A stretch of DNA of 64,000 nt, from positions 130,219 through 194,218 of the forward strand of contig JBBDXB010000006.1 in assembly GCA_040902515.1 (NCBI GenBank), in the 5' to 3' direction. This document shows, piece by piece, positions 1 to 8,356 of the stretch. This stretch comes from Patescibacteria group bacterium. Lineage in GTDB: Bacteria > Patescibacteriota > SICC01. Position 1 is the stretch's first letter. Each line of letters begins with the position of its first letter. Position numbers and translations under genes: made by a program. The notes under the pieces are model-generated. The model was not told the origin of the DNA, searched no databases, and saw nothing but the letters and a program-made list of their open reading frames with translations.

Positions 1-79
1 AACTCGCTTATCCACACCCCGCATCGTCATTTGTCACAGAAATGAGCGGGCTGCCGTACGTTTTACACAGGCCTATGGA

Positions 80-880
80 TTATGCGTACGCCAGGCCGGC
101 CAACGCCGAGTAACGTTCGTTCAGGCCGTTCAGTACGTCCATTTCCTCATGGCTCAGCTCAAAGTCGAAGACGGTAAAGTTCTCGAGGATATGCTCCCGG
201 TCTGACGCCTTCGGAAGGGGCGACGTGCCGAGCTGGATGTTCCAGCGGAGCAGCACCTGGGCGGACGACTTGCCGTGCCGGACGCCGATTCCCTGCAGCG
301 TATGGTCATCCAGCCGCCGGCCCCGCGTAAGCGGACTGTACGCCTGGATCACGATGCCATTGCTCCTGCAGAACTCGAGCATTTCCCGGGTATACCCGAA
401 CGGACTCCATTCGACCTGGTTGACGACAGGTCGCTCGCCGGTGGCTTCCGTGATCTCCTCGATCTGGTCGGTAGTGTAGTTACTGACCCCGATGTCCCGC
501 GTCAGGCCCTGCCGTTTCGCCTGGATCAGTCCTTCCCAGATGTCGCTTCCGGCACCGTGCCGCGGCGGCCGATGGATCAATACGAGGTCCGCGTAGTCGA
601 GACCAAGGTCATCCAGCCGGTCCCGGGTCGCCTCGAGCCCGTCCTCGTCCTCCTCCACCTTGGTGACGAGGAACACTTGTGCCCGGGGGATATCGCTTTC
701 CCGGATCGCCCGGCCGACGGCCGGCTGGGTACCGTAATCGCCGGACGTATCGATCATCCGGTAGCCGGCTTCGAGCGCGGCGCGAACCGTTTCCGCCCCA
801 CCCTCAAGCTGCCACGTACCGAACCCGATCGCCGGCATCCCGGCGCCCGTATGGAGCCTCAGCCTCTCCATGCCACTCAC
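80..880 (-). CDS. aldo/keto reductase (2,5-diketo-D-gluconate reductase-like AKR)
   Basis: 266 aa ORF with the AKR (beta/alpha)8 signature (GFGTWQL, IDTSGDYG, LVLIHRP, EWSPF). Uniform high-GC coding. Confidence 0.85.
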   Translation of the reverse strand: MSGMERLRLHTGAGMPAIGFGTWQLEGGAETVRAALEAGYRMIDTSGDYGTQPAVGRAIRESDIPRAQVFLVTKVEEDEDGLEATRDRLDDLGLDYADLVLIHRPPRHGAGSDIWEGLIQAKRQGLTRDIGVSNYTTDQIEEITEATGERPVVNQVEWSPFGYTREMLEFCRSNGIVIQAYSPLTRGRRLDDHTLQGIGVRHGKSSAQVLLRWNIQLGTSPLPKASDREHILENFTVFDFELSHEEMDVLNGLNERYSALAGLAYA

Positions 881-1269
881 CCGCCCTTCTTAGCCAGTTC
901 GCGGGCGATTTCCTTCTTGTCCATGTCGGAGGTGCCGCTGATTCCCGCCCGTTGGGCGCGCTTGGCCAGTTCTTCCTTGGTATTGCCTTCCACGTCGACA
1001 CCCTGGAACGTCTCTCCCTTGCCCTGCCGCTTCTCGCTCTGCGACTTCTTCGAGCGCGGATCCGACGGACCGGTACTCCCCTTCAGTTCCCAATGATCGC
1101 CCTTTTTCTCCGCAAGGTTCTTCACGGCTCCCCATGCGGTACGGTGCGCACGTTCCTCGTCGCCGCCGTACTGGTCGTGCGCGCTGTCGAGTGCCTTCCG
1201 GTAGGTATCCTGCACCTTCTTCGACGAGCGCTTGATCGTGTCGGGCATCTCTTCCTTGGTAACGAGCAT
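877..1269 (-). CDS. ChaB-domain protein with C-terminal Rho_N/SAP-like helix
   Basis: N-terminus matches the ChaB family (PDTIK..AHDQYGGDEERAHRTAWGAVK..KKGDHWELK). The C-terminal 35 aa resemble a Rho N-terminal domain (EELAKRAQRAGISGTSDMDKKEIARELAK). 4-nt overlap with the upstream gene. Confidence 0.6.
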   Translation of the reverse strand: MLVTKEEMPDTIKRSSKKVQDTYRKALDSAHDQYGGDEERAHRTAWGAVKNLAEKKGDHWELKGSTGPSDPRSKKSQSEKRQGKGETFQGVDVEGNTKEELAKRAQRAGISGTSDMDKKEIARELAKKGG

Positions 1270-1393
1270 GGGTACCTCCCTGGTTACGTGGATCCATTCT
1301 CCATCACGCGGACGGGGATGTGATTAGCATTCCTCACAATCTCCCCGGAATATCCGGGGATTGTTTGTGCAACACTGATACGCTGCCGGGAGA

Positions 1394-2035
1394 TCAGCGG
1401 CCGCGGCGCTCGGCCTGTGCCGGCACCCCGGCACTGTCTTGTCGATCGGACGTATCCCTGGCGTCACCCCTGGACGGTGTCGTCGGAGGAACGCCGTCGC
1501 CTTTCCCATTGTCGCTGCCACCCCGCTGTTCGACCCGTTGACCCGCGCGCTCGAGCCCCTGCCGGGAAACATCGATGGCCCGCTGGACCGCCTCCTGGGC
1601 CTGCTCGGGTACGCGCTCAAGGACATCGCCAAGGACGGCCTGCTGCCGTTCGAGATTGGTCGTGAGCAGCGCTTGCAGTTCCTCCACGTCCTTGCCGTCG
1701 GACGCCATCTCCGAGATCTTCTCCTCGGCCTTCTGGCGAGCCTCCTCCAGCCGGTCCAGCGCTTCTTCGATCCTGTCGGCCGGTGCCTGGTCGGCGACCA
1801 GGGTCTCGACTTCGTCCAGCTTCGCATCCGCTATGCGTAGATGCGCCCGGGCCTTGCTTTCGTCACGAAACGCCGCGGCTACTTCGATCGATTCCGTCGC
1901 CTGTTTGACCGGATAGAGGGCATCCCCGGGGGCGGCGCCAGCGGAAACGGCGGCCGCGGCGCCGCCACCTGCCAGCAGACCGGCGATCACCATCACCGCG
2001 GCGACAGGCACGAAACCTCGCTGGCCGACTTTCAT
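1394..2035 (-). CDS. secreted/membrane-anchored DUF5667-like protein
   Basis: N-terminal hydrophobic anchor, then the LYPVKQATE motif typical of DUF5667, then a charged coiled-coil-like remainder. Confidence 0.55.
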   Translation of the reverse strand: MKVGQRGFVPVAAVMVIAGLLAGGGAAAAVSAGAAPGDALYPVKQATESIEVAAAFRDESKARAHLRIADAKLDEVETLVADQAPADRIEEALDRLEEARQKAEEKISEMASDGKDVEELQALLTTNLERQQAVLGDVLERVPEQAQEAVQRAIDVSRQGLERAGQRVEQRGGSDNGKGDGVPPTTPSRGDARDTSDRQDSAGVPAQAERRGR

Positions 2036-2089
2036 GCCGCCATCCTAGCATCCGGCGATTACAGGGGCAACGCGGCCGGAGACGGTGAG

Positions 2090-2815
2090 CTACCTATGGG
2101 CCGAGGCTGACCACCTGATCCAGAGTGACCCGGGCAAGCTCGGCCAATCCGCCACACGATCCGGATACCGTCCCGACTCGACCGAGTCGTACACGTTGAA
2201 CGGGTCCCACCGTTCGGCCCGGCGGGTCTGCGGAGACCGGCGGCCGAGCACACAGAAATGGAGATGGTCACCCGTGTACGTTGTGTACGCCTCGCCGCTC
2301 GACCAGTCTTCGTATGAACGCCGGCCGATTCCCATGCCGGTCATACCGGCCCGGCCGATCCGCTCGCCGGCTGATACCCGCTTGGCGCGGATGCTCCTGC
2401 CGTACTCGCTGACCGGCGCGGCGAGATGGGTCGGCATCAGGTCGCCGCGCTCGTCGCTCGTCGGCGCATAGTACGGGATGCCTCCCTCGACTGAATCGAG
2501 GTGCGCGTACTGCGTGTAACGCCCGGGCTTGTGCCAGATCTGCACCACTAGCCCGACGCCGAACCAGATCGGCTCGCCATCATGCCGCCGCGGTTCGTCG
2601 CCGTCCCTGAGTTGGTATTCCTGGAAGGTGGCGATCGCCAGGCCGCCGGCGGCGGCCAGCACCGGCGTGCCCCTGGATGCGTCGAAGTCAATGGCTCCGT
2701 GGCGTTCGACCCCGTGGACCCGCTTCTCCGTCTCCGAATACTCCCAGCCGGTCGCGATCTCTGGCTCAAACCCTGCTTCGAAGAGCGGGCTTAGGAATGG
2801 CTTGGGTGCGGGCAT
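2090..2815 (-). CDS. M23 family (LytM) metallopeptidase
   Basis: HGAIDFDA...GTPVLAAAGG...YAHLDSV...GDHLHF: HxxxD and HxH zinc motifs of peptidase M23. Confidence 0.8.
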   Translation of the reverse strand: MPAPKPFLSPLFEAGFEPEIATGWEYSETEKRVHGVERHGAIDFDASRGTPVLAAAGGLAIATFQEYQLRDGDEPRRHDGEPIWFGVGLVVQIWHKPGRYTQYAHLDSVEGGIPYYAPTSDERGDLMPTHLAAPVSEYGRSIRAKRVSAGERIGRAGMTGMGIGRRSYEDWSSGEAYTTYTGDHLHFCVLGRRSPQTRRAERWDPFNVYDSVESGRYPDRVADWPSLPGSLWIRWSASAHR

Positions 2816-3033
2816 GGCTCACGACATTGTATCATCGTGGCCATTTGTCCGATTGCTTCGTTGCACCCATCGATTACGAGCCCTTTCGACCTGAACTTCC
2901 CAGGTCTCGTCAGGCGCTATGCGCAAGGGCACTTCACGCTGGGTCTGGGTCTCTTGCGAGTCAGTCTTGGTGGACGAATCCAAGCGCGTGAAGTTATGTA
3001 CGTCCGCGGGTCAAACATCAGCCGTCGGTGTGG

Positions 3034-3285
3034 CTATCGCCGTGGTGGTCGGGACTGCCGTGCACGAGAGCCCATGTAGGAGAGGAAAATCGCCGCAAGG
3101 AAAGTGAGGGCGAGTGGCCACATGTACACCGCATCGTCTGTCCTCATCAATAGGCTGATGAAGACAGCACCAAGCACGGCGTTTGCGATGCCCACAATCG
3201 TAATCAAGCTCATGACGTACTTCTCCTTCGTTTCGGAGTCAGGACAATACTGCTGTGAAAGAGCCAGGGGCGGAGCTCCTTGCAC
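3034..3285 (-). CDS. small hypothetical membrane protein
   Basis: Two predicted TM helices. Lies in a lower-GC patch. The start is probably internal (MSLITIVG). Weak support. Confidence 0.3.
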   Translation of the reverse strand: MQGAPPLALSQQYCPDSETKEKYVMSLITIVGIANAVLGAVFISLLMRTDDAVYMWPLALTFLAAIFLSYMGSRARQSRPPRR

Positions 3286-3446
3286 TATGCAATGCTCCGG
3301 GGGCTAGAGCCTATTTGAAATCTTCGAGGGTTTTTTCGAGCTCATCCGGTTTGATAACCTGGCCGATGCCATAGTAGCTCATTACGTCCGATTCCAAAGC
3401 GGTGTAATCGATTCCGAAACGTGGCATATCCCAGGCATATGGATCA

Positions 3447-3965
3447 TCACCTAGAAGCGTACGCGGAACGCTTGGCCGGCTTTCTTGACTGAGCCTGCTT
3501 AGCGCGCTCGTTATTCCGAATCATCCGCTTAGCCTGAGTCACAATCGCCCGGTCCTCAGTGTAGTCGAGAAAATCGAATCTTTTCTTGATGTCTATCCAG
3601 CGCGCCTCGGATATTTCACGATTCTTCTTCCGCAACGTGCCGCCTTTATATTTCATTAAGAACCAGTGCACATCAGCGAGCCTCTGTTGCTTGCCTTTTC
3701 GTGAGGGCAGATAGGAGTACCGGCTGATGTACTTCACCAAATCGGCGTTAACCCCTGTTTCTTCCTTAACCTCCCGGATCGCTGTCTTCTGGATATCTTC
3801 GTCTCGTTCGACGTGCCCCTTGGGCAGACTCCAATCATTCATTTGGTTTCGGTGGACCACCAACAGCTCGTACGATCCGTTTCGTTTGCGATATACAATT
3901 CCGCCAGCGGAGTGCTCTAGCTTAATTGAGACCTTTTTTGAATCTATCTGTCGTAGTGCCCTCAT
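3447..3965 (-). CDS. NUDIX hydrolase
   Basis: Nudix box GHVERDEDIQKTAIREVKEETG. Noticeably lower GC than the bulk of the window. Confidence 0.8.
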   Translation of the reverse strand: MRALRQIDSKKVSIKLEHSAGGIVYRKRNGSYELLVVHRNQMNDWSLPKGHVERDEDIQKTAIREVKEETGVNADLVKYISRYSYLPSRKGKQQRLADVHWFLMKYKGGTLRKKNREISEARWIDIKKRFDFLDYTEDRAIVTQAKRMIRNNERAKQAQSRKPAKRSAYASR

Positions 3966-4303
3966 AGACTCAAATATAGCTGAGGCGACTCTTCAACGGG
4001 CCAGAATGGCCTTTTATCTCATTCTGCGCAGCTTCGTGCAGTCCTGGCTCTACGGCCTGCAACATTTCCCAATCTTGCGGCTCAAGTAACACCAACATCG
4101 TCGTGATCGTCTTTTCAGTGTCATCCGGAACGTGGATGCGGTTTCGCGCAGCTTCGCTTCTTGCGTAATCTTCAATGCCTAACACGGTTCTTCATCTCTG
4201 CCACAATCAAGCAAATCTCTAAACCAAACGTTGATGCTCTTAGAGGAACTGAGTTGTAGTGACGGGCCTTTAGGCACGGAATGGGACAGTCTAAAAGGCA
4301 CCG

Positions 4304-4951
4304 CTAGCTCCTGGGAATGAATCGCTTGGCCGCGTCGTCCTTCAGCTGCACCGATTGCTCCAGGTCGAATGTATCATTCAGCGCCTGCTTCACGAGCCAG
4401 TAGCCCGCGCGATACCCGGCCCACTTGCCGAACGGACCGTCGAAGAACCACTCCGCGTGGTTGTATTGCTCGTTATCCCACTGCTGCTCGATCTGCCGCC
4501 AGACTTTCGGGGCGAGAGCCGGTCCGGTAATCCACGGCGCCTGCCAGCCGGACTGGATCCCCGCGAACCAGCACGCCATACCCTCGGTCACCAACGCCCG
4601 CCCCAGCGTTTGGCCGTATCCCCCGTTCTGCCAGCGGGTCAGGTGGTGGAGCTCATGGGCAATGGCGTCAATTAACGGCGGCTCGTCCGTCGGCCATTCT
4701 TCGACCGCAACAAACGCTTCGTGCGCATTAGGGGAATATCCGCCCGGATACCTACCCTCGATCGTCGCTTCCGAAATATCCCTGACGTAAAGCGTCTGCC
4801 GATCGTCCTTAATCTGAGGAGCAATCGCCTTCCAAATATCGGCTACTTTCGTGGGAAGCTTCGGCTGGGTGTCACCCTGCAAATTCACACACAAAGCCAG
4901 CAAGACCTTGCCCTGCGCCGAAAAGTCCATGGTCGTATATGAATCAGGCAC
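4304..4951 (-). CDS. putative Zn-dependent peptidase (HExxH, DUF2268-like)
   Basis: 215 aa with AHELHH (HExxH) and a predicted-Zn-protease-like architecture. Same strand and about 200 bp downstream of the RiPP precursor gene. Confidence 0.5.
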   Translation of the reverse strand: MPDSYTTMDFSAQGKVLLALCVNLQGDTQPKLPTKVADIWKAIAPQIKDDRQTLYVRDISEATIEGRYPGGYSPNAHEAFVAVEEWPTDEPPLIDAIAHELHHLTRWQNGGYGQTLGRALVTEGMACWFAGIQSGWQAPWITGPALAPKVWRQIEQQWDNEQYNHAEWFFDGPFGKWAGYRAGYWLVKQALNDTFDLEQSVQLKDDAAKRFIPRS

Positions 4952-5155
4952 ATGTACAAGATAGACCTAGTGCACAGCAAATAAAAACAGCCACACCTAA
5001 TGGGTAGCTGTTCCCGTTTCGACCGAAACTTCCTCGGTCTCATCAGACGCTAAGCGTGACGGGCCCGACATGATCCTGTGATGTTGCGTAAGCAACCAGG
5101 ACCATGCCGGGTATTAGCGAGGTTAGCTAGAATAAGCTCGCTATTTCTCCCTTGT

Positions 5156-5401
5156 TCAGGGCGCGAGCGGTGACGATGGAACAGTTCCGACACCGAGCGG
5201 TGCTCGACTGCATCGGGAGCTCTGCGCGAATCCACTCGATTGACCAGACCCCTGGCAGCCACCGCAGTTGCCGCCACCGCAGTTGCCACCGCAGTTCGGG
5301 CCACCGCACATCGGCCCAGGCTCTCCACCGCCACAACTGCCATTGCCGGCTATCCCGGCACGAGTAGCGGGGCGCTGACGAACGCTGACTGTAATATCCA
5401 T
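5156..5401 (-). CDS. TOMM/LAP precursor peptide (Cys/Gly-rich, heterocycloanthracin-like core)
   Basis: RBS AAGGAGG lies 5 nt upstream of ATG (5399-5401); a GTG at 5405-5407 is an alternative start. Peptide: MDITVSVRQRPATRAGIAGNGS-CGGGEPGPMCGGPNCGGNCGGGNCGGCQGSGQSSG-FAQSSRCSRAPLGVGTVPSSPLAP. It starts 7-13 nt after the YcaO stop. Confidence 0.7.
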   Translation of the reverse strand: MDITVSVRQRPATRAGIAGNGSCGGGEPGPMCGGPNCGGNCGGGNCGGCQGSGQSSGFAQSSRCSRAPLGVGTVPSSPLAP

Positions 5402-5413
5402 GTTCACCTCCTT

Positions 5414-7234
5414 TCAGGCGAACGGATGAGGTGTGGTGGGCCCGTAGTCAGAGAAGTCAATTCTCCTGCCCAACACGCGATCATCGATTTGTATTGTTTC
5501 GCCGGCGCGCGACATTCCGTACGGCTCCTGATCATAGCCAAAGGTAATCGGCAAGAGTCCAGGGATGAACGCCCGGACGACATGGAGACCCTCAGAAAGC
5601 GGCAGCGTCAAATCGACTACCACCGGCTCCGAGACCACCGAACCGATCTGCGACAACTTGCCCACGTGGCCATGGACATCCTGCAGATCAGTCAGTTCCG
5701 TTGAGCTGTGAAGGAACGCGGCACCTTCAGCAACCGTGCTGTCAGTATACAGCTTCTGATGGTCAGTCGCCGAATGCACATCCTCCAACTGTATCTCTTC
5801 TTCTGGCTGGAAGAGATCACCACCCCACAAGACCGAACCGGCCTCGTAAAGCGCTTTTCGAGCAGCGCTCTCTGCGTCAAAGGCACACCCACTACCGAGA
5901 ATGAGTGTCCGCTTGGTATGGACGGCGCAGAGAATCACCGGCAACGTCTCGAGCGTCAGATTGACGAAATCAGCACTGTAGCCGACTTGGTTCAACCTCT
6001 CTAGCCACGGGCTGAACTCCTCTGGAAGTGATTCCGCACTGATGCGCTCACGCGAAACCCGTTGCAGCCAGGTCCACATATACGCATCACGCTCAATGAC
6101 CTCAAAAACCGCTCGCTTTATCGCCTCGTCGTAAGACGTATGTGCGGCAATGCCCGAGCTATTCGAAGCCGCTAGACTACTTCCAGGAAACGGGAACAGC
6201 GTCAGCTCGGCGGGGACCCAGCGAGCGGAACCACTCAACGTCTTCCCCTCGATCCAATGGTACGGACGTGAGGGCTCGTATTTGTGCAGAGATAAGTTGG
6301 ACCGGTACTGACGCTCATTGAACTTAATCAACGATCGAGGGTCGCACACCGGAGCTGGCAACTCACCCTCGGTTCCGGATTGGAGCTGACGCTCCGCTAC
6401 CTCCCCACTTACGAAACGCTCAGTAGCCTCGGCATAGGCGATGACGCGAGCCTCAGCTGCCGTGGATGCCAGCCCCATACAGGCCGCGTCCTTATGATCC
6501 TCAGCGAAAAGCAGGTTCGGACACGCATACTTGCTACTGCAGAGGTGAACGCCCAGCGACCGCGAAAGGTCACTCGTATTCACAACCGTGTACCGAACGA
6601 TGCCCAACCGGGAATCATTTTGCCACCCTCGCAGAACTTTGTTTCGCTCTATCGAGGTGACTTTGAGATCAGGAAGGTCGACTACGTGAACCATATCCTC
6701 ATCCCATTCCTGCGACTGCTCAACCACCTGCGCCAAGAGGGCTCTCGGGGGCTGGTCACCGACCACGGTGACTTCCTCGCTTCCGGCACAATAGCCGTAG
6801 GCATACAACCGCTCCTCCGGCTCGATGTTGGCGATGAACGCCCTCACTGCGCGTTTGGTAAGCGCAGCATCGGCTCCGACTGGCAACACCAGCACCTCCT
6901 CGGCCGTAGTAACGAACCGAGAGACCTTGTTATTGCCCACCAGCCGAACTATGGCGTCTCCGAGGGGGGTCACCTCATCCGGCAGTGGTTCTTCGGAGCT
7001 GCGACCTTCCCGGATGAATCCCGCATCGAGTAGCGCTGTGGTTAACTGAGCTTCTTTCTGGGAATCAAGTCCGATCGACTGTAATGCGTCAAACCCTGAT
7101 TTGAAGAGTTTCAGCATCTTCATCTTGCTGTCATGAGGGAGGTTGAACTTCAGTCGACTAGTCGACTCTGGTGAAATGAACACCAAACCCTCCCCCGTCA
7201 CACCGCACAGGTGCGACAACGGCAGGATATACAT
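5414..7234 (-). CDS. YcaO-domain cyclodehydratase (TOMM 'D' protein) with about 230-aa N-terminal extension
   Basis: Hallmark YcaO motifs: SNSSGIAAHTSYDEAIKRAVFEVIERDAYMW and GSGCAFDAESAARKALYEAGS. 606 aa. The start sits 1 nt after the SagB stop, suggesting translational coupling. Confidence 0.85.
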   Translation of the reverse strand: MYILPLSHLCGVTGEGLVFISPESTSRLKFNLPHDSKMKMLKLFKSGFDALQSIGLDSQKEAQLTTALLDAGFIREGRSSEEPLPDEVTPLGDAIVRLVGNNKVSRFVTTAEEVLVLPVGADAALTKRAVRAFIANIEPEERLYAYGYCAGSEEVTVVGDQPPRALLAQVVEQSQEWDEDMVHVVDLPDLKVTSIERNKVLRGWQNDSRLGIVRYTVVNTSDLSRSLGVHLCSSKYACPNLLFAEDHKDAACMGLASTAAEARVIAYAEATERFVSGEVAERQLQSGTEGELPAPVCDPRSLIKFNERQYRSNLSLHKYEPSRPYHWIEGKTLSGSARWVPAELTLFPFPGSSLAASNSSGIAAHTSYDEAIKRAVFEVIERDAYMWTWLQRVSRERISAESLPEEFSPWLERLNQVGYSADFVNLTLETLPVILCAVHTKRTLILGSGCAFDAESAARKALYEAGSVLWGGDLFQPEEEIQLEDVHSATDHQKLYTDSTVAEGAAFLHSSTELTDLQDVHGHVGKLSQIGSVVSEPVVVDLTLPLSEGLHVVRAFIPGLLPITFGYDQEPYGMSRAGETIQIDDRVLGRRIDFSDYGPTTPHPFA

Positions 7235-7235
7235 A

Positions 7236-8186
7236 TCAACCTCCAGTAATGATGGTTAGTAATGGAACAACCTCCTCGGACAGCTCGAGAAATTCCTGAG
7301 TCTCTCGGTCGAGGAACCCCCCGATCGGGCGCATCTTCACACCCAGCTCCGCTGCAGCCAGCATGGCATTCTGCATCGCCGCACCAGCCTCGAGGAGTAC
7401 GTACCGATAGGCCCGGTTACCATACTTCTGGGCACTTCGGTCCAGGTCGGCCGAGATAAAAATTACAACCTGGCCCTGACTGAGCAGCTCGTCAGTCGGT
7501 TCGGCGTTCAGCATGATGGTGAAAACATCCTGCTTGGCCGGGTTGACCGACTGAAGCATCCCGGTCTCTACGTTGAACCACCAGAGACCCCGATTCAGGC
7601 CGTCGATCTGACCGTGTGCGGCCACGTGGATGACTAGCGGATAAAGAGCGCCGCCAGAAGGGACAGTCCGGTGTCCGCTCTCGGTAAACCCGTACGTGGC
7701 ACGGACGATTCCAGATAGCGATTGAAGCGTCAGCTTGGTTCCAGAGTCCTCCGGATACGCCGACGACCTTTGCGCAAGCAGACGCGCCAGCTCTAGGCCT
7801 GAATCGGGAGTCTCCAGCACCTTGCCGGCATTACTCGGCTCCCAACGAGGCGCCGCCGTGATGGCAGCAATTTCCTCATCGGTACGAGGCTCAAAGAACG
7901 GATTTTCTCCGTTTGAGCTGGCCCGGTGAAAGAAGCGGAACGCCTGAGTGCAATCAGCGACCACACCCAACTGCTTAAGCTTTTTAAGAAGCTCGAGAAT
8001 ATCCTCTCGCTCCCCAGGCCACTGACTGAGAATATCATCCGACATCCTGGTTCCGTCGCAAAGCTCCAGAACCTGCTCAGCCAAACCGACCTCGTTGCCC
8101 TCGAGCACTACCTCTACTGCTCCCGACTGAAGGACAAGCTTGCCGTCTTCATGCCGGACTACCGCCAGAAGCAGCGGCCGATTCAT
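7236..8186 (-). CDS. SagB-type FMN-dependent dehydrogenase (TOMM 'B' protein, nitroreductase fold)
   Basis: PSGGALYP signature of SagB/McbC-type dehydrogenases and a nitroreductase-like C-terminus (RYVLLEAGAAMQNAMLAAAELGVKMRPIGGF). Strong RBS AAGGAGG before the ATG. Confidence 0.85.
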   Translation of the reverse strand: MNRPLLLAVVRHEDGKLVLQSGAVEVVLEGNEVGLAEQVLELCDGTRMSDDILSQWPGEREDILELLKKLKQLGVVADCTQAFRFFHRASSNGENPFFEPRTDEEIAAITAAPRWEPSNAGKVLETPDSGLELARLLAQRSSAYPEDSGTKLTLQSLSGIVRATYGFTESGHRTVPSGGALYPLVIHVAAHGQIDGLNRGLWWFNVETGMLQSVNPAKQDVFTIMLNAEPTDELLSQGQVVIFISADLDRSAQKYGNRAYRYVLLEAGAAMQNAMLAAAELGVKMRPIGGFLDRETQEFLELSEEVVPLLTIITGG

Positions 8187-8224
8187 AATGACCTCCTTGT
8201 TCTATTTCCTATGAATTAAAGAAC

Positions 8225-8262
8225 AGCGGAGAATTATAGCACTTTCCCAGCCAGGACAATTG
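8225..8262 (-). promoter_or_regulatory. sigma70-like extended -10 promoter of the SagB-YcaO-precursor operon
   Basis: Minus strand reads ...ccaattgtcctggctgggaaagTGcTATAATtctccgctg... (extended -10 TGnTATAAT at 8233-8241, weak -35 TTGTCC) about 45 nt upstream of the SagB RBS and ATG. Confidence 0.5.
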
Positions 8263-8356
8263 GTACATTCCGACGAACTCACCAACCTCGGTCGGGTTGG
8301 GAACTGGCTTTTCCGTGCTATTGCGAGGTTTTCGCGCATCGGTTCCAGTCTGTGGC

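Noticed and set aside
275-1323. Long plus-strand ORFs (275-1096, 679-1323) opposite the AKR and ChaB genes
   Set aside because: Antisense to well-supported genes in 65% GC DNA. Pro/Arg-rich composition typical of GC-driven spurious ORFs.
5240-5340. Short tandem DNA repeat (gccaccgcagtt/gccgccaccgcagtt) resembling a mini-array
   Set aside because: Not a CRISPR, and there are no unique spacers. It is the coding repeat for the CGG(N) peptide core.
5050-5704. Other ORFs overlapping the precursor gene (5240-5704 plus; 5050-5343 and 5127-5336 minus)
   Set aside because: Only the 5156-5401/5407 frame has a strong RBS directly after the YcaO stop and the Cys-Gly-Gly repeat core. The others are frame-shifted or antisense translations of the same repeat DNA.
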